Source: the human T2T-CHM13v2.0 reference genome, Homo sapiens
DNA length: 64,000 nucleotides
Assembly (NCBI RefSeq): GCF_009914755.1
Contig: NC_060925.1
Reading direction: 5' to 3' (one strand)
A program made the translations under genes and the position numbers. Of this stretch, positions 1-12,022 are shown one piece after another. Within the stretch, counting starts at the first letter, position 1. The number at the start of each line of letters is the position of its first letter. The notes beneath the pieces were generated by a model. That model did not search any database and was not told the origin of the DNA. It saw nothing but the letters and a program-made list of their open reading frames with translations.

Positions 1-632
1 AAACAAGATGAAAAATAAAAGAACTTGGTATTTATCTTATGGAATTAGACATACACAATAAACAAAAATAATTTGGAGGGATGTATACTTAAGAGGAAAA
101 ATGACAATATAATGGAAAAATGGTGGAAAATAATTTTTAAATCTAAAAACTGATATGTGAAAAAAAGATTATTAATTTATACATATTATATGATCTTAGA
201 GACTTTATAGTAGACAAATCTTAATGTGGGTTAAATGTTGTTTCCATGACAGAATGGTTTAAATTTTATTTGAAATTTTCTAAGTTTTTATTGTGATAAC
301 TTAAAAAAAACAATGAAAATGAACCTTATGATATGCAAAAGCCATCTGCAAGTTGAATTCAGTCTGTCTGTCACTGGTTTGTGACTTGTAATATATAAGA
401 TTCCTTGGTGTGACATTCCCAATTTTTAGCATGCTGTCTTTCACATATGTCAGGTAAACTATGAAAAACACTTTTATGAAAAACAATCAGCCCCTTTTGA
501 GTCCGTTATTTTTCTTCTTGGTATGCCTCTATTAATAGTACTCAGAGCTCAGTTATTCTATTTTTATTTCAGGGAGAACAGCATTGCACTGACTTCAGAA
601 GTGAGGGAAATAAAATTCTTAAAAAATAGTCA

Positions 633-766
633 TTTCATTATTAAACTGATGAACAAGGACAATTTTACTTGATGATTGTCAGATCTATACACTCTAATTA
701 TATTTTCCAATCATTTTTGTGGTGTTAGCAAGCCACGATCTACTTTGTACATGTCATAAGATGCTC
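633..766 (+). repeat. Unique-sequence donor of the direct copy at 2549-2682
   Basis: Ungapped alignment at offset 1916; 9 mismatches in 134 bp by manual count. Confidence 0.95.
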
Positions 767-1395
767 GATAGTTTAATTCAACTATCCTTTTTCTTTTTAA
801 CCAAAGATAATCATGGAAAAACAGAGATTAGTATGTATTCTGATTTATTTCAGACAGGCAGAATACAGTCAGCATTCACTTCTCATGGCTTTCAAGCCAA
901 TGACATTCATCTTCCTCATGAATTCTGGATAAATTGAGAATTGCCAAGGATTAGACCATAACAGATTATTTAGCAATGTGGATTAGTCATACAAATCTTT
1001 TTGAATCAGTTCCATAAAGATGATAAGTGGCTAAAGCCATGGTGCCAAAGAAAAGAACAATGTACAATCTGTGAACAAAAATGCAGGCCATTTGGCTTCA
1101 CTATAGCAGTATCCCAGTGTTTTGCCAGAGAAGAGGAAGGGCTTGGAAGGTAAATGAGTCCAGAGATTCAAGCCCCATCTGTTCAGACAGGCTGAAGCTT
1201 GCTGGGTTGACAGTGCTTATGCTGGGCATTGATTGATATCATCTCAATTGGCTCTTGACATGAGAGGCAGTTGAGGATGTCTGAATTAGAAATTGGTCCT
1301 AGGATCCTGAACATGAGCCAAGAGTAGTAGTTACAAAAAACAAAAACAAAAACTATAGTAAAACAAAGTAAGTGTCCTCTCATTACTGCCTACGC

Positions 1396-1488
1396 CCCTT
1401 TGAAAACAAAAGAAGAAAAAAAAATTAGAAAAAGAAAAGAAGAAAAAAGGAAAAGATGAAGAAAAAGCAGAAAAAGAAAAGAAAAAAT
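1396..1488. repeat. A/G-rich low-complexity tract
   Basis: Run of GAAAA/AAGAA-like units; explains the poly-Phe ORF 1331..1528. Confidence 0.85.
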
Positions 1489-1944
1489 GTACAATGGAAT
1501 TTGAGGCTCGGAAATGACAAATTACCACCTATCTATTTACAATGAATAATCATTTACATATACGTGTTCCATATGTTCCTTTCTGTCACACATAGTTCTT
1601 TTATTTCTATTGTTCTTAAATGTTAATTTTCTTTGACATCATAAATTTATATTCAATATTGACAGGTTCTGATAATTTATGAAATTTTCTTTATTTCATG
1701 TTTATGTTGTCAAAGCCTTCTTTGTAACCCTATTTAATATATACTATAATTACTTTTTCTGTGTTAATTTTTAATGTATTTCCACATTTATAATATTTTA
1801 AAGACATTAACAATTGTATAATGTTCACTACATTAATGTGCAGTAATTTAATCAATTATTTTTTGTTATATAGAAGTTTTCCAACCTTTCAGTATTTTAA
1901 ATAAATTTGTGATGAATGTGTGTTTACATGCATGTGTAAAATTC

Positions 1945-2140
1945 TTTTTTTTTTTTTTTTTTGAGATGAAGTCTTGCTCTGTCGCCCAGGCTGGAGTGCA
2001 GTGGCACAAACTCGGCTCACTGCAAGCTCCATCTCCTGGGTTCACGCCACTCTAGCCAGGATGATCTCCTGACCTCGTGATCCGCCCGCCTCGGCCTTTC
2101 AAAGTGCTGGGATTACAGGTGTGAGCCACTGCGCCCGGCC
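1945..2140 (-). mobile_element. AluY/Sc-type SINE with ~100-bp internal deletion
   Basis: Poly-T 1945-1962, Alu body ending GCGCCCGGCC at 2140. TSD atg(c/t)atgtgtaaaattcttt at 1928-1947 and 2141-2160. Body is only ~178 bp. Confidence 0.95.
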
Positions 2141-2487
2141 ATGTATGTGTAAAATTCTTTATGTCATTCAGATTGTTTTCTTTGACTGAATCCTTAAGAG
2201 AAATCTCGAGATAAAATATAGGCACTTTAAATTGTTTAGATATATGTTGTTCATTTGCTTCTCCCAACTTATCCGTAATATCTGACATGACAATGGAAGA
2301 ATCTAATCACACCCAGCAACTATGAGTAATCTCATTGGGTTTTGTTGCTGTTGTTTTTATTGCTCTTGTTCTTGTTTTATTGGTAATAATGTGACAGACA
2401 ACATAGTATCTCATTCTTATCTTAGTTTACATTTGTGTAATTACTTGTGAGATCGAATAAGGTATATAACAGAGTTTCATACATTCC

Positions 2488-2905
2488 TTTTTTTTTTTTG
2501 AGGCGGAGTCTTGCTCTGTTGCTCGGGCTGGAGTGCAGTGGCACAATCTTTCATAATTAAACTGATGAACAAGGACAATTTTACTTGATGATTGTCAGAT
2601 CTATACACCCTAATTATATTTTCCAATCATTTTTACAGGGTTAGCAAGCCACGATCTACTCTGTACCTGACATAAGATGCTCAAATGCAACCTCTGCCAC
2701 CCAGGTTCAAGTGATTCTCCTGCCTCAGTCTCCCAAGTAGCTGGGACTAGCAGTGCCTGCCACCAAGCTCAGCTAATTTTGTATTTTTAGTAGAGATGGG
2801 GTTTCACTATCTTGGTCAGGCTGGTCTTGAACCCCGACCTCGTGATCTGCCTGCCTCTACCTCCCAAAGTGCTAGGATTATGGGCGTTAGCCACCGCGCC
2901 CAGCC
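2488..2905 (-). mobile_element. AluS (Sg-like) SINE interrupted by a 134-bp non-Alu insert
   Basis: Poly-T then Alu sequence to ~2550, non-Alu 2549-2682, Alu resumes (TGCAACCTC...) to 2905. Degenerate TSD at 2472-2489 and 2906-2923. Confidence 0.95.
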
Positions 2906-3022
2906 CAGTTCCATACATTTCTTAATCAGTGGTTGGTTAACTGTTTGATGAAGTATTTCTCCAAGTTTTATTTTGTGTGTGTCTTAGCGCATCAGGCACT
3001 GCAATCAGACCTATACAATCTC

Positions 3023-3220
3023 TGCCCCCTATAAATTGTATGATCCTTGACAATTTTCTTAATTACTCTTATCTTGATTTGTTTACCATTGGTATGGTAT
3101 TTATCTCTTGCCCCCTATAAATTGTATGATCTTTGACAATTTTCTTAATTACTCTTATCTCGATTTGTTTACCAATATTGGAACAATATTGTTCCAATAT
3201 TGGTATGGTATATATCTCTT
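3023..3220 (+). repeat. Tandem duplication (86-bp unit, MIR-like) with a palindromic expansion in copy 2
   Basis: TGCCCCCTATAAATTGTATGATC... starts at 3023 and again at 3109; copy 2 is about 25 bp longer. Confidence 0.95.
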
Positions 3221-3536
3221 GATTCTTAATTTTATATTTCTCATCTGAATTCTAGATGATTATATTCAATTATTTCATAGAGTATTCTCTTTTATGTCTC
3301 AAAGTTTTCTCAAGTTCAAAATAGCTAACATTAAGCTCATGTTTTTAATCCTTACACTCTCCTATATATTTCTCTCTCTCTCTTTTTTTTTTTTTTATGA
3401 TTTGCATTCCCATTCAACCATTTTTTCCCCATTCAACCATTTGAACAAGCCAGGAACTTAAAAGTCATTCTCTTTTATTTTCCATAGTCAATACCTAACT
3501 ATATTCTTTGACAATTTAACTTCCCAATGTCTTTGT

Positions 3537-3878
3537 CACATTTCATTGAATCTAAAATCCAATCAAGTGTAACATGCCCCATTATTTTCAGTACCTCTAA
3601 GAAAGAAGAAATGCCACCAATTGATACATTGCTTGACTCAAGGGTCCTAAATGACCAAGGCTTTTTACAAAATATTGTCATCTGTACCATCAAGAATTTT
3701 GGCTGTGTACCTTTTCTAAGAGTGTTGTTCTATTATCTTTTGCATTTTGCAAATTTTCATGCACTTGCATAGGCAATGACGATTGAAAGGCTAAATACAG
3801 CACAGAGACTTAAGAAGCATCCTGATTTCAGAGGTGTTAAACATGTTTTAAATTCATCTTAGAATTTTGAATTATGGT
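3537..3878. mobile_element. Old TcMar-Tc2 DNA transposon relic (Kanga/MER104-like)
   Basis: Ends resemble ATTTCATTGAATCTAA... and GCATCCTGATTTCAGAGGTGTTAAA...CATCTTAGAAT; family recalled from memory. Confidence 0.5.
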
Positions 3879-3879
3879 G

Positions 3880-4572
3880 TTTATCTTTTCCTCTGCCGCC
3901 ATCCCACTAGTCCAAGCTTTACTCATTTATTGCTTAGATAACTACAGTAGTTACTGAAGTAGTCTATCTGCATTCAGCCTTCCCATTTTCTACCCAATCC
4001 CATCTTTACCTAGCAGCTACACGGTTTGAAAATATGATAATATCACTTGCACTGACTCTTTCTTCTCTAGCTCTTCAATGGCTTCTCATTATTTTTAGAA
4101 TAAAGACAAAAACCTTTTTATCTACCAACCAGGACTTGCATGGTCTGACCCCCCATCTCTTCTCCAGCCTCATCCTTCTCTGCCTTTCTTCAAACACCAC
4201 TCTAGAGGTCACAGCTCCTCAGCTTCTCCGTTGAGTCTTTGCACACATGTAGCTTTCCCCTGACCAAATGTTCTTCTTCCCCATAATTAAATTATCCTTG
4301 TACTTCAGATCTCAATTCAAATTACTTTCTCAGGGAAGCATTTCCTGACCTCTTCAGCCAGATATCATTACCCATTAACTTCATTTGTATAGCACATAAT
4401 ACAGTTACAGTCTGATAATTATTTCTGTGATTATTTGGTTAGACCATAAACTCTATAAGGACAAGGATTATGCTTGCATTTGTTCACCATTTTATTGTCA
4501 GCAATTAGCACAGATTCTGGGAAAGAATAGATGATCACCATGTATTTATTTAATGTATGAAAGAATAAATGG
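3880..4572 (+). mobile_element. L2 LINE 3' region
   Basis: Typical L2 motifs (CTTCAATGGCTTCTCATT, TCAGGGAAGCATTTCCTGACC) and terminal AATGTATGAAAGAATAAATG. Confidence 0.75.
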
Positions 4573-5566
4573 TTATTACTAGAAATAAATGTAATCCTGC
4601 AGATTCGAATAGTGCAGTATTAACTGTTTCATAGTAAGCACTTGATAAACATTAACTTTTATTGTTGTGGTTATTGACTCGTTCTTCAGATGGCATCTCT
4701 TCTGGCTTCTCACCCACTTTTAAAGAGTTAACATCCCTATATATTGTCACTAATTTCTATGTGTTTGAAGTGCAATGAACCCAAAAGATCTCTCTTAGTT
4801 GTAGAATAATTGTATCTGCCCTGCAACATTGGTTTTCTTGGCATCAATTGTAATGAAACTTACTGAATTGAGAGCACATCAAGCTAACACCATCTGGAAT
4901 AAGCCTCAGATTTACATCTCTAGAAGAGTGAGAAATCAAGAGCCAAGTTTGCCCTCATTTAAGAATCTCAAGCCTATAATCATGATTTATCTTGTCTTTG
5001 GTTTGTTTGTTTCGTATTTTCTTAGTAAAAACAAAGAATAAGAGGTTTGCTTTAAGTTGCTTATTATAGCAATTCTCCTTAAGGAATGCTAGCATTTCAT
5101 TTTAATTATCTATCCTTAAATCCCTTAAAACTATGGATTTTTTTGCTCAAAGGCCAACTCCACTTCTGCATTACTTATTAAAATTTCTTTTATATAAACT
5201 CCATTAGTACAGAAAAGAAGCCCACAAAAACGTCCCGTTCAACACTATCATTTCTGTGCATTTGCTTCTGGTTTAATTGGAGCCCTTGATGGCTATTTCA
5301 TGATCATCATACATTGATTGACCATGTACTGTGGATAGGAACAAGATTAGCTATTGCAAAGGACACAGATAAAATTGAGAGGCATATACCATAAGCTCTT
5401 TCAAGTTCCTTCTTTTGTTTCTTAACATCTTTTAATACTGGAAAGCTCTTCTTCTTTGAGAATAGGCAGAAAAAGCTTGCTGCTTCAGTTAAGAGCAAAC
5501 TTACTAAAATCAAGTTTCATAAGTCACATCAGTCTCTAATTCCTCATCTGTAATACTATAGCTATC

Positions 5567-5992
5567 TGTGATAGATTGCATCATTGTCACCAAATCTTTA
5601 TCTTTCTTGTATCCATGTCCTTTGCCTTTACAATTGCTCTCACTAAGGGCTGATATATTTCCTCACTCCAGTGATATTAGACTTGGCCATGTAACTTACT
5701 TTGGCCAAAGGAATTTTATTAGGCCGATGAGAACAAAGGCTAGCTCTCCTGTGTTTCTGTCACAATCGTGAGAAACACATACTCAAGGTAGCCAAATTGT
5801 ACAAAGAAAAGGAAAGCCATATAAAGCATATCTAGATGACTCATGCCTTGGAGCCAACCCGAATTGAACCCAAAGTATATCAGCTGACTCCCAGCCTGAC
5901 TGGCAAACCTATGGGCAAGAAAATAAGTTCCTATTGTTGTTTGCCACTGACTTTTGGAAAGTCTTGTTATCTACCAATAGCTTGACTAATAT
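5567..5992 (+). mobile_element. MaLR LTR (MLT1I/J-like)
   Basis: TGTGATAG start, CTTGGCCATGTAACTTACTTTGGCCAA core, AAATAA...TTGTTGTTTGCCACTGA...ACTAATA end. Confidence 0.7.
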
Positions 5993-6159
5993 ATATCATC
6001 ATATTTTTTACATAATTAAGAAAGGCACTATATTTAAGATGCTTAATACACTGAGATTCTAAATAAATGATATTTTCTAGAATAAGTAATGAAGAAAAAC
6101 CTCCAGTAAGATCAATAGGCTTTGGCAAAGCACCTTAGAGTTCTAAAATAAACCGAACA

Positions 6160-6350
6160 GCATTTGACAGTCACCTCTACCAGCTATGTGTCCTGGGGAG
6201 GATATTGAACTTCTGTAAGTCTTGATTTGCTCATCTTTAAATTGAAGATGGTGATGATGAATAACTCATAGTGTTTTAAGAATTCATTGAGATTGTGCTT
6301 AGCAACAATGTGACACATAGTAAGCTTTCAATACATGTTAGCTATTTTTA
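6160..6350 (+). mobile_element. MIR SINE
   Basis: Degenerate MIR core (CCAGCTATGTGTCCTGGGG...CTCATCTTTAAATTGAAGAT...CACATAGTAAGC). Confidence 0.7.
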
Positions 6351-6769
6351 TTACAATTACTTTTATTATTATTAATTAAATATTCATAATAATTTTCATT
6401 GCATAGTCAATACTATTTTGATAATTTCCTTAGAGGAAAAAAGAATGTTCAGTTTTAGAAATATTGGCGAATTGTATTTTTTTGTCAACCTACTTCAAAA
6501 AATTTTGAAGTAAATTGTTAAATCAAAAATTAACAATTTCCCCTTTATAGGTCTAATATATCTGCTGCTCAGAGTGCTTGTTTTGACAAAGGTTTCAAAA
6601 TCGACAACATTTGAAACATCAAGTAGTTTGACTTCCACTGTTCTCTTCAAGGTTGTTTTTTTGTTGTTGTTTGTTTTTTGTTTTTTTCTGCATCTATTTG
6701 GTTAATAGGGCAAGATCATGAGTGAAGACTATCAGGATCCTTCTAGTCCATCATCTAAGCCTGGTAATT

Positions 6770-7040
6770 CCTCCTGGTCAGCATATCCTGTTAATATTAT
6801 ATGGCATTTAGGTAAGGAGCTCTACTTAAATGAATGTCTTTCTTGATGTAAAAGGTCACTTCCAATTATTACAGCATATATTTATTTATTCCTATTTAAC
6901 ATTTGTCTCTCTCAGTAGTAAGTAAGCTTTCTGAGGGAACAGATCTTGTCTTGCTCACTGAAGCATCCTTAAAGCCTAAAATATTACCTGGCACACCGGG
7001 CTCAATCAGCAAATACTTGCTAAGTGAGTAAATGAACTAA
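6770..7040 (+). mobile_element. L2 3' end
   Basis: GTAAGCTTTCTGAGGGAACAGA...CCTGGCACA...TAAGTGAGTAAATGAA. Confidence 0.65.
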
Positions 7041-8271
7041 CATAATTAAAAATGGTTAAAACTCCTTGCATTTTTACATGAATTATTAATAGTATTCTTA
7101 AACTATCAGTAAGAAACCAGTTAGTTGCCAAATATTGCACAGCTTTGGGAAGTGAAATCAGGCCAACCCCAAAGCTCTACTTATAAAAACTACCCACTAG
7201 TTACAGTGCTGGAGCACCTATCATTTTATTATCATTTAATCTACCTATTAGAGAAGTGAACTGGATTAGACCCATTTGCAAAGAATCAAAAGAGAAAACA
7301 AAACAAAACAAAAAAAGCGCTAGTATATATAAAGAAAACCTACCAATTTGAATTTCTCATTCAAAAAAGATTTTTAGCGCAGACAAAATTTTAGAGGCAG
7401 CAATAGGAAAAATATTTTATAAATATTAATTTTCAGTAGACACCTTTCTTCTTCATTCACATGAAGGTTTTCTTTCTTCTTTTTTACATTTATCTCTTGG
7501 AGTTATGAAGTCATAGCTCTTAGAGATAAAAATAGCTTCAAGAGTCTGTTTCTGTTTCCTTTACAGTCATGTATTGCTTTGCTTTTGTTTTAAGATGTCT
7601 CTTAAAACAAATTTAGAAAAGAAATTGGCTTTCCCTGGATCACTGAACCACACACGTGCTTTTTACTTGCCTGGGTAGTATTGCCCGAAATTCAAGGGTT
7701 ATGACTCCAGAATATGATTTATTCAAGGAAGGTAAGAGAATGAAGTAAGAAAGTATGCATCGATTTATTTTAGGATAGAAATGTAGACTCAAAAATTATA
7801 AATTTCCCAAAGTAAGTTACCTGTCTGGTTTTGGTTCCTTAACCAGATCACACAGCAGTCTGCATACACAGTCACACTTAACATAATTAAACTGAATTAA
7901 TTAATTAATAGCAACTGGCTGTTAGAGACAAATTGCTGAATTCTTTTGTTCTGCATTTTGCAGAAATGCACATAAGGTATTTAGAGTAAGTTTAATTAAT
8001 TCTGAGACGTTATTTTCCATAGTCTAATTGACCATTGTGGAGATGCACCCTGTGCTACTTAAAAGACTTTTGTCTCTAGCTGCTCAGAGCACCCATTGGC
8101 AATGTAGCCCTAAGATAATCAAACAGATTTTCTGGAGAAGCTGAATTTTTTATCTTAGGACAAATGTACCCTTTCACCATTTATTCTCTCTCTCAAAGCT
8201 GGAAACTTAATGCTTAAAAAAGAGAATATATCTTTCTTCAAAGGTTATATCTGAATTGGTTGCTCTAGTCT

Positions 8272-8600
8272 TTTATTAGTTAGCACTCTTTGGTTTCAAG
8301 TGAAATAAACCCACTTGAACTACTTTAAGCAAAGCAGGAGGATTTATTATAAGATTCCAGAGATAGTTCACAGACACTGAGAGCATACAGCCTGGTGGAC
8401 CTCAATAGTGACTTGGATTGTAATGCAGCTAGTTTATAAGCTGATCCAAACATGTATGCCTTGTTGAACTTCCTGAGCTTGACCAATTCTCTTAGCTGGT
8501 CACCACTCACAGTAGTTACTAGCGTCATGCTGCAATTATTTTTCTAACGCCTTTGTTTTCCCTCAGTGTGAAGTGTTTGAAGCTTCCTTGAAAGAGAGGT
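8272..8600 (-). mobile_element. Old MaLR LTR (MLT1K/L/M-like)
   Basis: TATTAGTTAGCACTCTTTGGTTTCAAGTGA...AAACCCACT...TTTAAGCAAA...GATTTATT. Confidence 0.55.
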
Positions 8601-9379
8601 GACAAAGGAAGCTCACCTCCTTCAGTTCTACTGGTTAATAAGAACCTTTCCTCTCTTTCCTATAAGCTTCAGAGAGTACGATATTTGCTTTCTTCAAATT
8701 ATGGACAATTATGTTTGCAAGTAATTAGACTAGTTAGCTCTTCCATTAACTCCCTCTCAGACAGGAAGGGAAGATCAGCTTCAGGCTCAAAGCAGATTCT
8801 CTGGGAGCAGAAAACACTTCAGCAGGGTAAGCTTATGACACGACTCAATTCCAGAAGCTATAAAACTTCTGTCACTTAAAGTCATTCGTTATTTGCGCTA
8901 CCTATAATTATTCCAGATTGACATTTTATGGATTTTGAAAAGATTAAGAAAAAATAATATACCATGAATTTACATCTTATGAAATAATGGTGTATGTAAA
9001 CAATCAATAAATGCCAATAAAATTTTAAGTTATTAAAAATTTGCAAGATATTGAACCTACACTAACAGTCAATACTAACTGCTGACGCTTTATGATGGAG
9101 CTGTTGAAAAATAAATTATATCATTGCTTCTTCTTACTAACCTGGCTGGAAATATTTATTGCTTAAATCAATGGCTATTTGAAACTATCTTAAATATTCC
9201 TATATGTCTAATTCTAATCAAAGTCTCAAAAATGGGTGGTACCTGGAAAAATGATTCAGCTTAAAAACCACCACTTTATCAGCTCTAAGAAATACTTCCA
9301 AAAACACATTTTTAACTCTCTCTCGATGTATATGATCATATAATATCACAAAATGACTTTTAGCATTTCTTAGGCATTC

Positions 9380-9823
9380 TTCAGCGTTCTGGGTTACAGA
9401 CCACAGAATTCACTTATATAGAATAAACAGAAAGATATTTGTTAGATGGGTTACAAAATTTCCAGGAAGGCCAGAAGCCAAGAGCGTATAGTGCAGAGCC
9501 TAGAATAATGCATCCAGGAGATACCAAATATACCACTAAATGCTACTGTTGGCCACACTGCTACCACTACTACCTGGCACTCTGAATCTGTGTTTCTAGG
9601 AGGTGGTGTGTAGCACCTCCACTGTCATATTTCTGGAAGACATGGTTTCCCCACATTGATCATGTCCACTTTTCTCACAGGTGCATAGGTATGGCAAAAC
9701 TTAGATCACTTCCTAGAGGGAGTCTGGGAAGTATACATTTTACCTTTTCATCCTTTGTCCTATAGGTCTATGTTAGGGATTTTGAAGTACAAACTAATGA
9801 ACCAGTCAGCAATGTCTGCCACA
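9380..9823 (-). mobile_element. Old MaLR LTR (MLT1M/N-like)
   Basis: GGTTACAGACCACAGAATTCACT... start and ...AATGTCTGCCACA end. Confidence 0.55.
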
Positions 9824-10099
9824 CCATGAGACCCTAATTTAGTGAAACACGTTTTGAATGATGTTGATTCAATTATAGTTTATCTTTTACAAATAAAAAT
9901 GCCTGCTAATTCTACCAAACATACCACAAATGTCTCCTGCTTTATGTCTTCCCAAGTCTCATCAAGACATAGAACTTTATGCCTCCAGACTAGCATTTTA
10001 ATTCACAAGTTTATTTTTTCATTTTTATTACTGAACTGTGAACTCCACAAGCACAGAGAAAGTTTACCTCTGAAGCAATATTATCTTGGTAGCTAAATC

Positions 10100-10691
10100 A
10101 GATTCTGATTATGGGTCACTTTAGAACCTCCTTGCTTAATTCTCCTTCTCTCAAGGCTGTAGCCTGCTTTCCTCTCAAAGCAGCACTCCCAGTGGCTCAC
10201 ACAGTTTGCTTGGTCATCAGCCAACCTACTGGGGAAGCTGCCTGCTGGTTTGAAAGAGCACCCAACGATCTGGAAGACTGTCTACTGCAACTGTACATGG
10301 TTGCACCAGATCCACGGAGCCCTTGAATTGCCCCTTGGCAACCTTAAAAGGACCTAGAAGTATGAAAAAATCATCAATGTCACTTGGGATGGACTTTGAA
10401 CAAGGTAGGAGACAGCCAGTGGATACATTTGTTTCTTTTCTCCCCTGGACAAACTGTTCAAAGATGTGATACTTCACAGTCACTCTGAAGATGCTCTCCA
10501 TGAGTGAGCCTTCATCTGCCTTTAGTGGGAAGCTGTGGTCAGTTCAGTAATGCACACTTTTTTATTCCCTTCGTCTCTGTCTCACTTCCCTTCTTCCTCT
10601 CTTCAGTTTTTATGTGATTTCATACCCCAGTAGCGTGTTAACTCATAGCTTTTGCCTCAATCCTATTTTCTAGGGGGACCAAGCTAAGACA
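10100..10691 (+). mobile_element. ERVL-class LTR (LTR33/LTR16-like)
   Basis: 3' end TTTGCCTCAATCCTATTTTCTAGGGGGACCAAGCTAAGACA; 5' boundary uncertain. Confidence 0.55.
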
Positions 10692-11870
10692 ATATCTGCT
10701 GAATGAATACATGAAAGAATAAAGAAAGTATAGCTAAGAGTATAGCATTGACCTGCTTAAGGTCCAAAGACAGCTAGGGAAAAGCCAGAACACAGTCTCC
10801 ACTCAATTTTAAGACCACTGAGGAGGGAGACATTGGTTATGATTTTACATTCAACATTTTACACAGGGCCTGGCAGATAGCAAGAACTGGAAAACAGTTG
10901 ATTAGTAAAGGAAGAAAGTCAGGTAGTCAGGAAGGAAAGAAGGGCAAAGAAAGGGAATAGATCATCAAAGTAAGAATTAAAAATGGAGCTCAGGGAACTC
11001 CAGGATTTGAGAGGTGGGATCTAAGTAGCAGGCTGAAGTGGATTCCAGCTTAGGGTTGGATCAGGCTATGGTTTAGAGTTTCAGGGCCAATGCTCAGGCT
11101 TATAGGAGTTATAATACATCTCTGAACTTCCAGAATAGAACAAAGGACTCCAGACACTAGCAATCTCATGAGAACAAAATGCCCAAGTGTGGAATTACAG
11201 AATAATATGGGCTGAAAGAGCTTTAAAAATGCATGGAGCCTCCACTCTACTCCTCCTTTCCCCACCACATCTCCAATACCGCCCAGATTCTAATTCCATG
11301 TCCTTATTCTTTTCTACTAAGCTCCAAGGGATCCTCAGAATCTTTCACAGAGTACTCAAGGCAATCATGTCCACAATCATTTGGTGTTTGTACGTAACAA
11401 GAATTTTATCTGTCTTCCTGAATCTTACATAATTTGCCCATTTACAGAGGTCAAGAATGTAGACCAGAGATGGAAGGAAAAAATCCCAGTATCACACCAC
11501 ACGCATCCTACTTTAATATCAGTGCCTTCTCTTAGTCATCTGAAATATTTTGTTTATGATTTCAGCCACTTAGAATTTTGTAATAACTGACTTATCTTTC
11601 ATTGATGATCTCCTTAAAATGTAGGCTGTCATCTTAACCTATACTGAATTTAGAGTTCTCTTCCATCAGTTATTTTTTTCTGAAGGTCTATTCCACTTGA
11701 AGTATAGAGATGAATCTGTTCAGCCTTTCAGATTTTCATAACTTGACATTAGTTTACATTTTTAATAATCTTGTTTCAAGGAAAGATTGGTGATTCTGGA
11801 TCTTCAATCTGGTATTTTTGTTTTGTTTGAGTCTCATGCTATAATTCTCTATTTTTTTGTATTTGCTATG

Positions 11871-12022
11871 TTTTATTTTATTGATACATACTATTTTACA
11901 TATTTATGGGGTACATGTGAGTGTTTGTTAATACAAGGCATGTGAAATTATCAAGTCAATCACGGTATTTGAGGTATCCATCACTTTGAGTATTTATCCT
12001 TTCTAAGTGTTGGTATCATTTA
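11871..12022 (-). mobile_element. L1MA 3' UTR fragment
   Basis: TTGATACATA...CATATTTATGGGGTACATGTGA...GGTATCCATCAC. Confidence 0.75.

Noticed and set aside
301-486. Minus-strand ORF with a plausible acceptor (TTTTTCATAG) reading YLTYVKDSMLKIGNVT...
   Set aside because: Weak donor (AAG/GTTCAT), peptide not recognised, and no partner exons I can support.
3409-3442. Short direct repeats (CCCATTCAACCATTT x2; similarly AGAGGAGGGGAGGCT x2 at 27025-27057)
   Set aside because: Ordinary slippage-size duplications.
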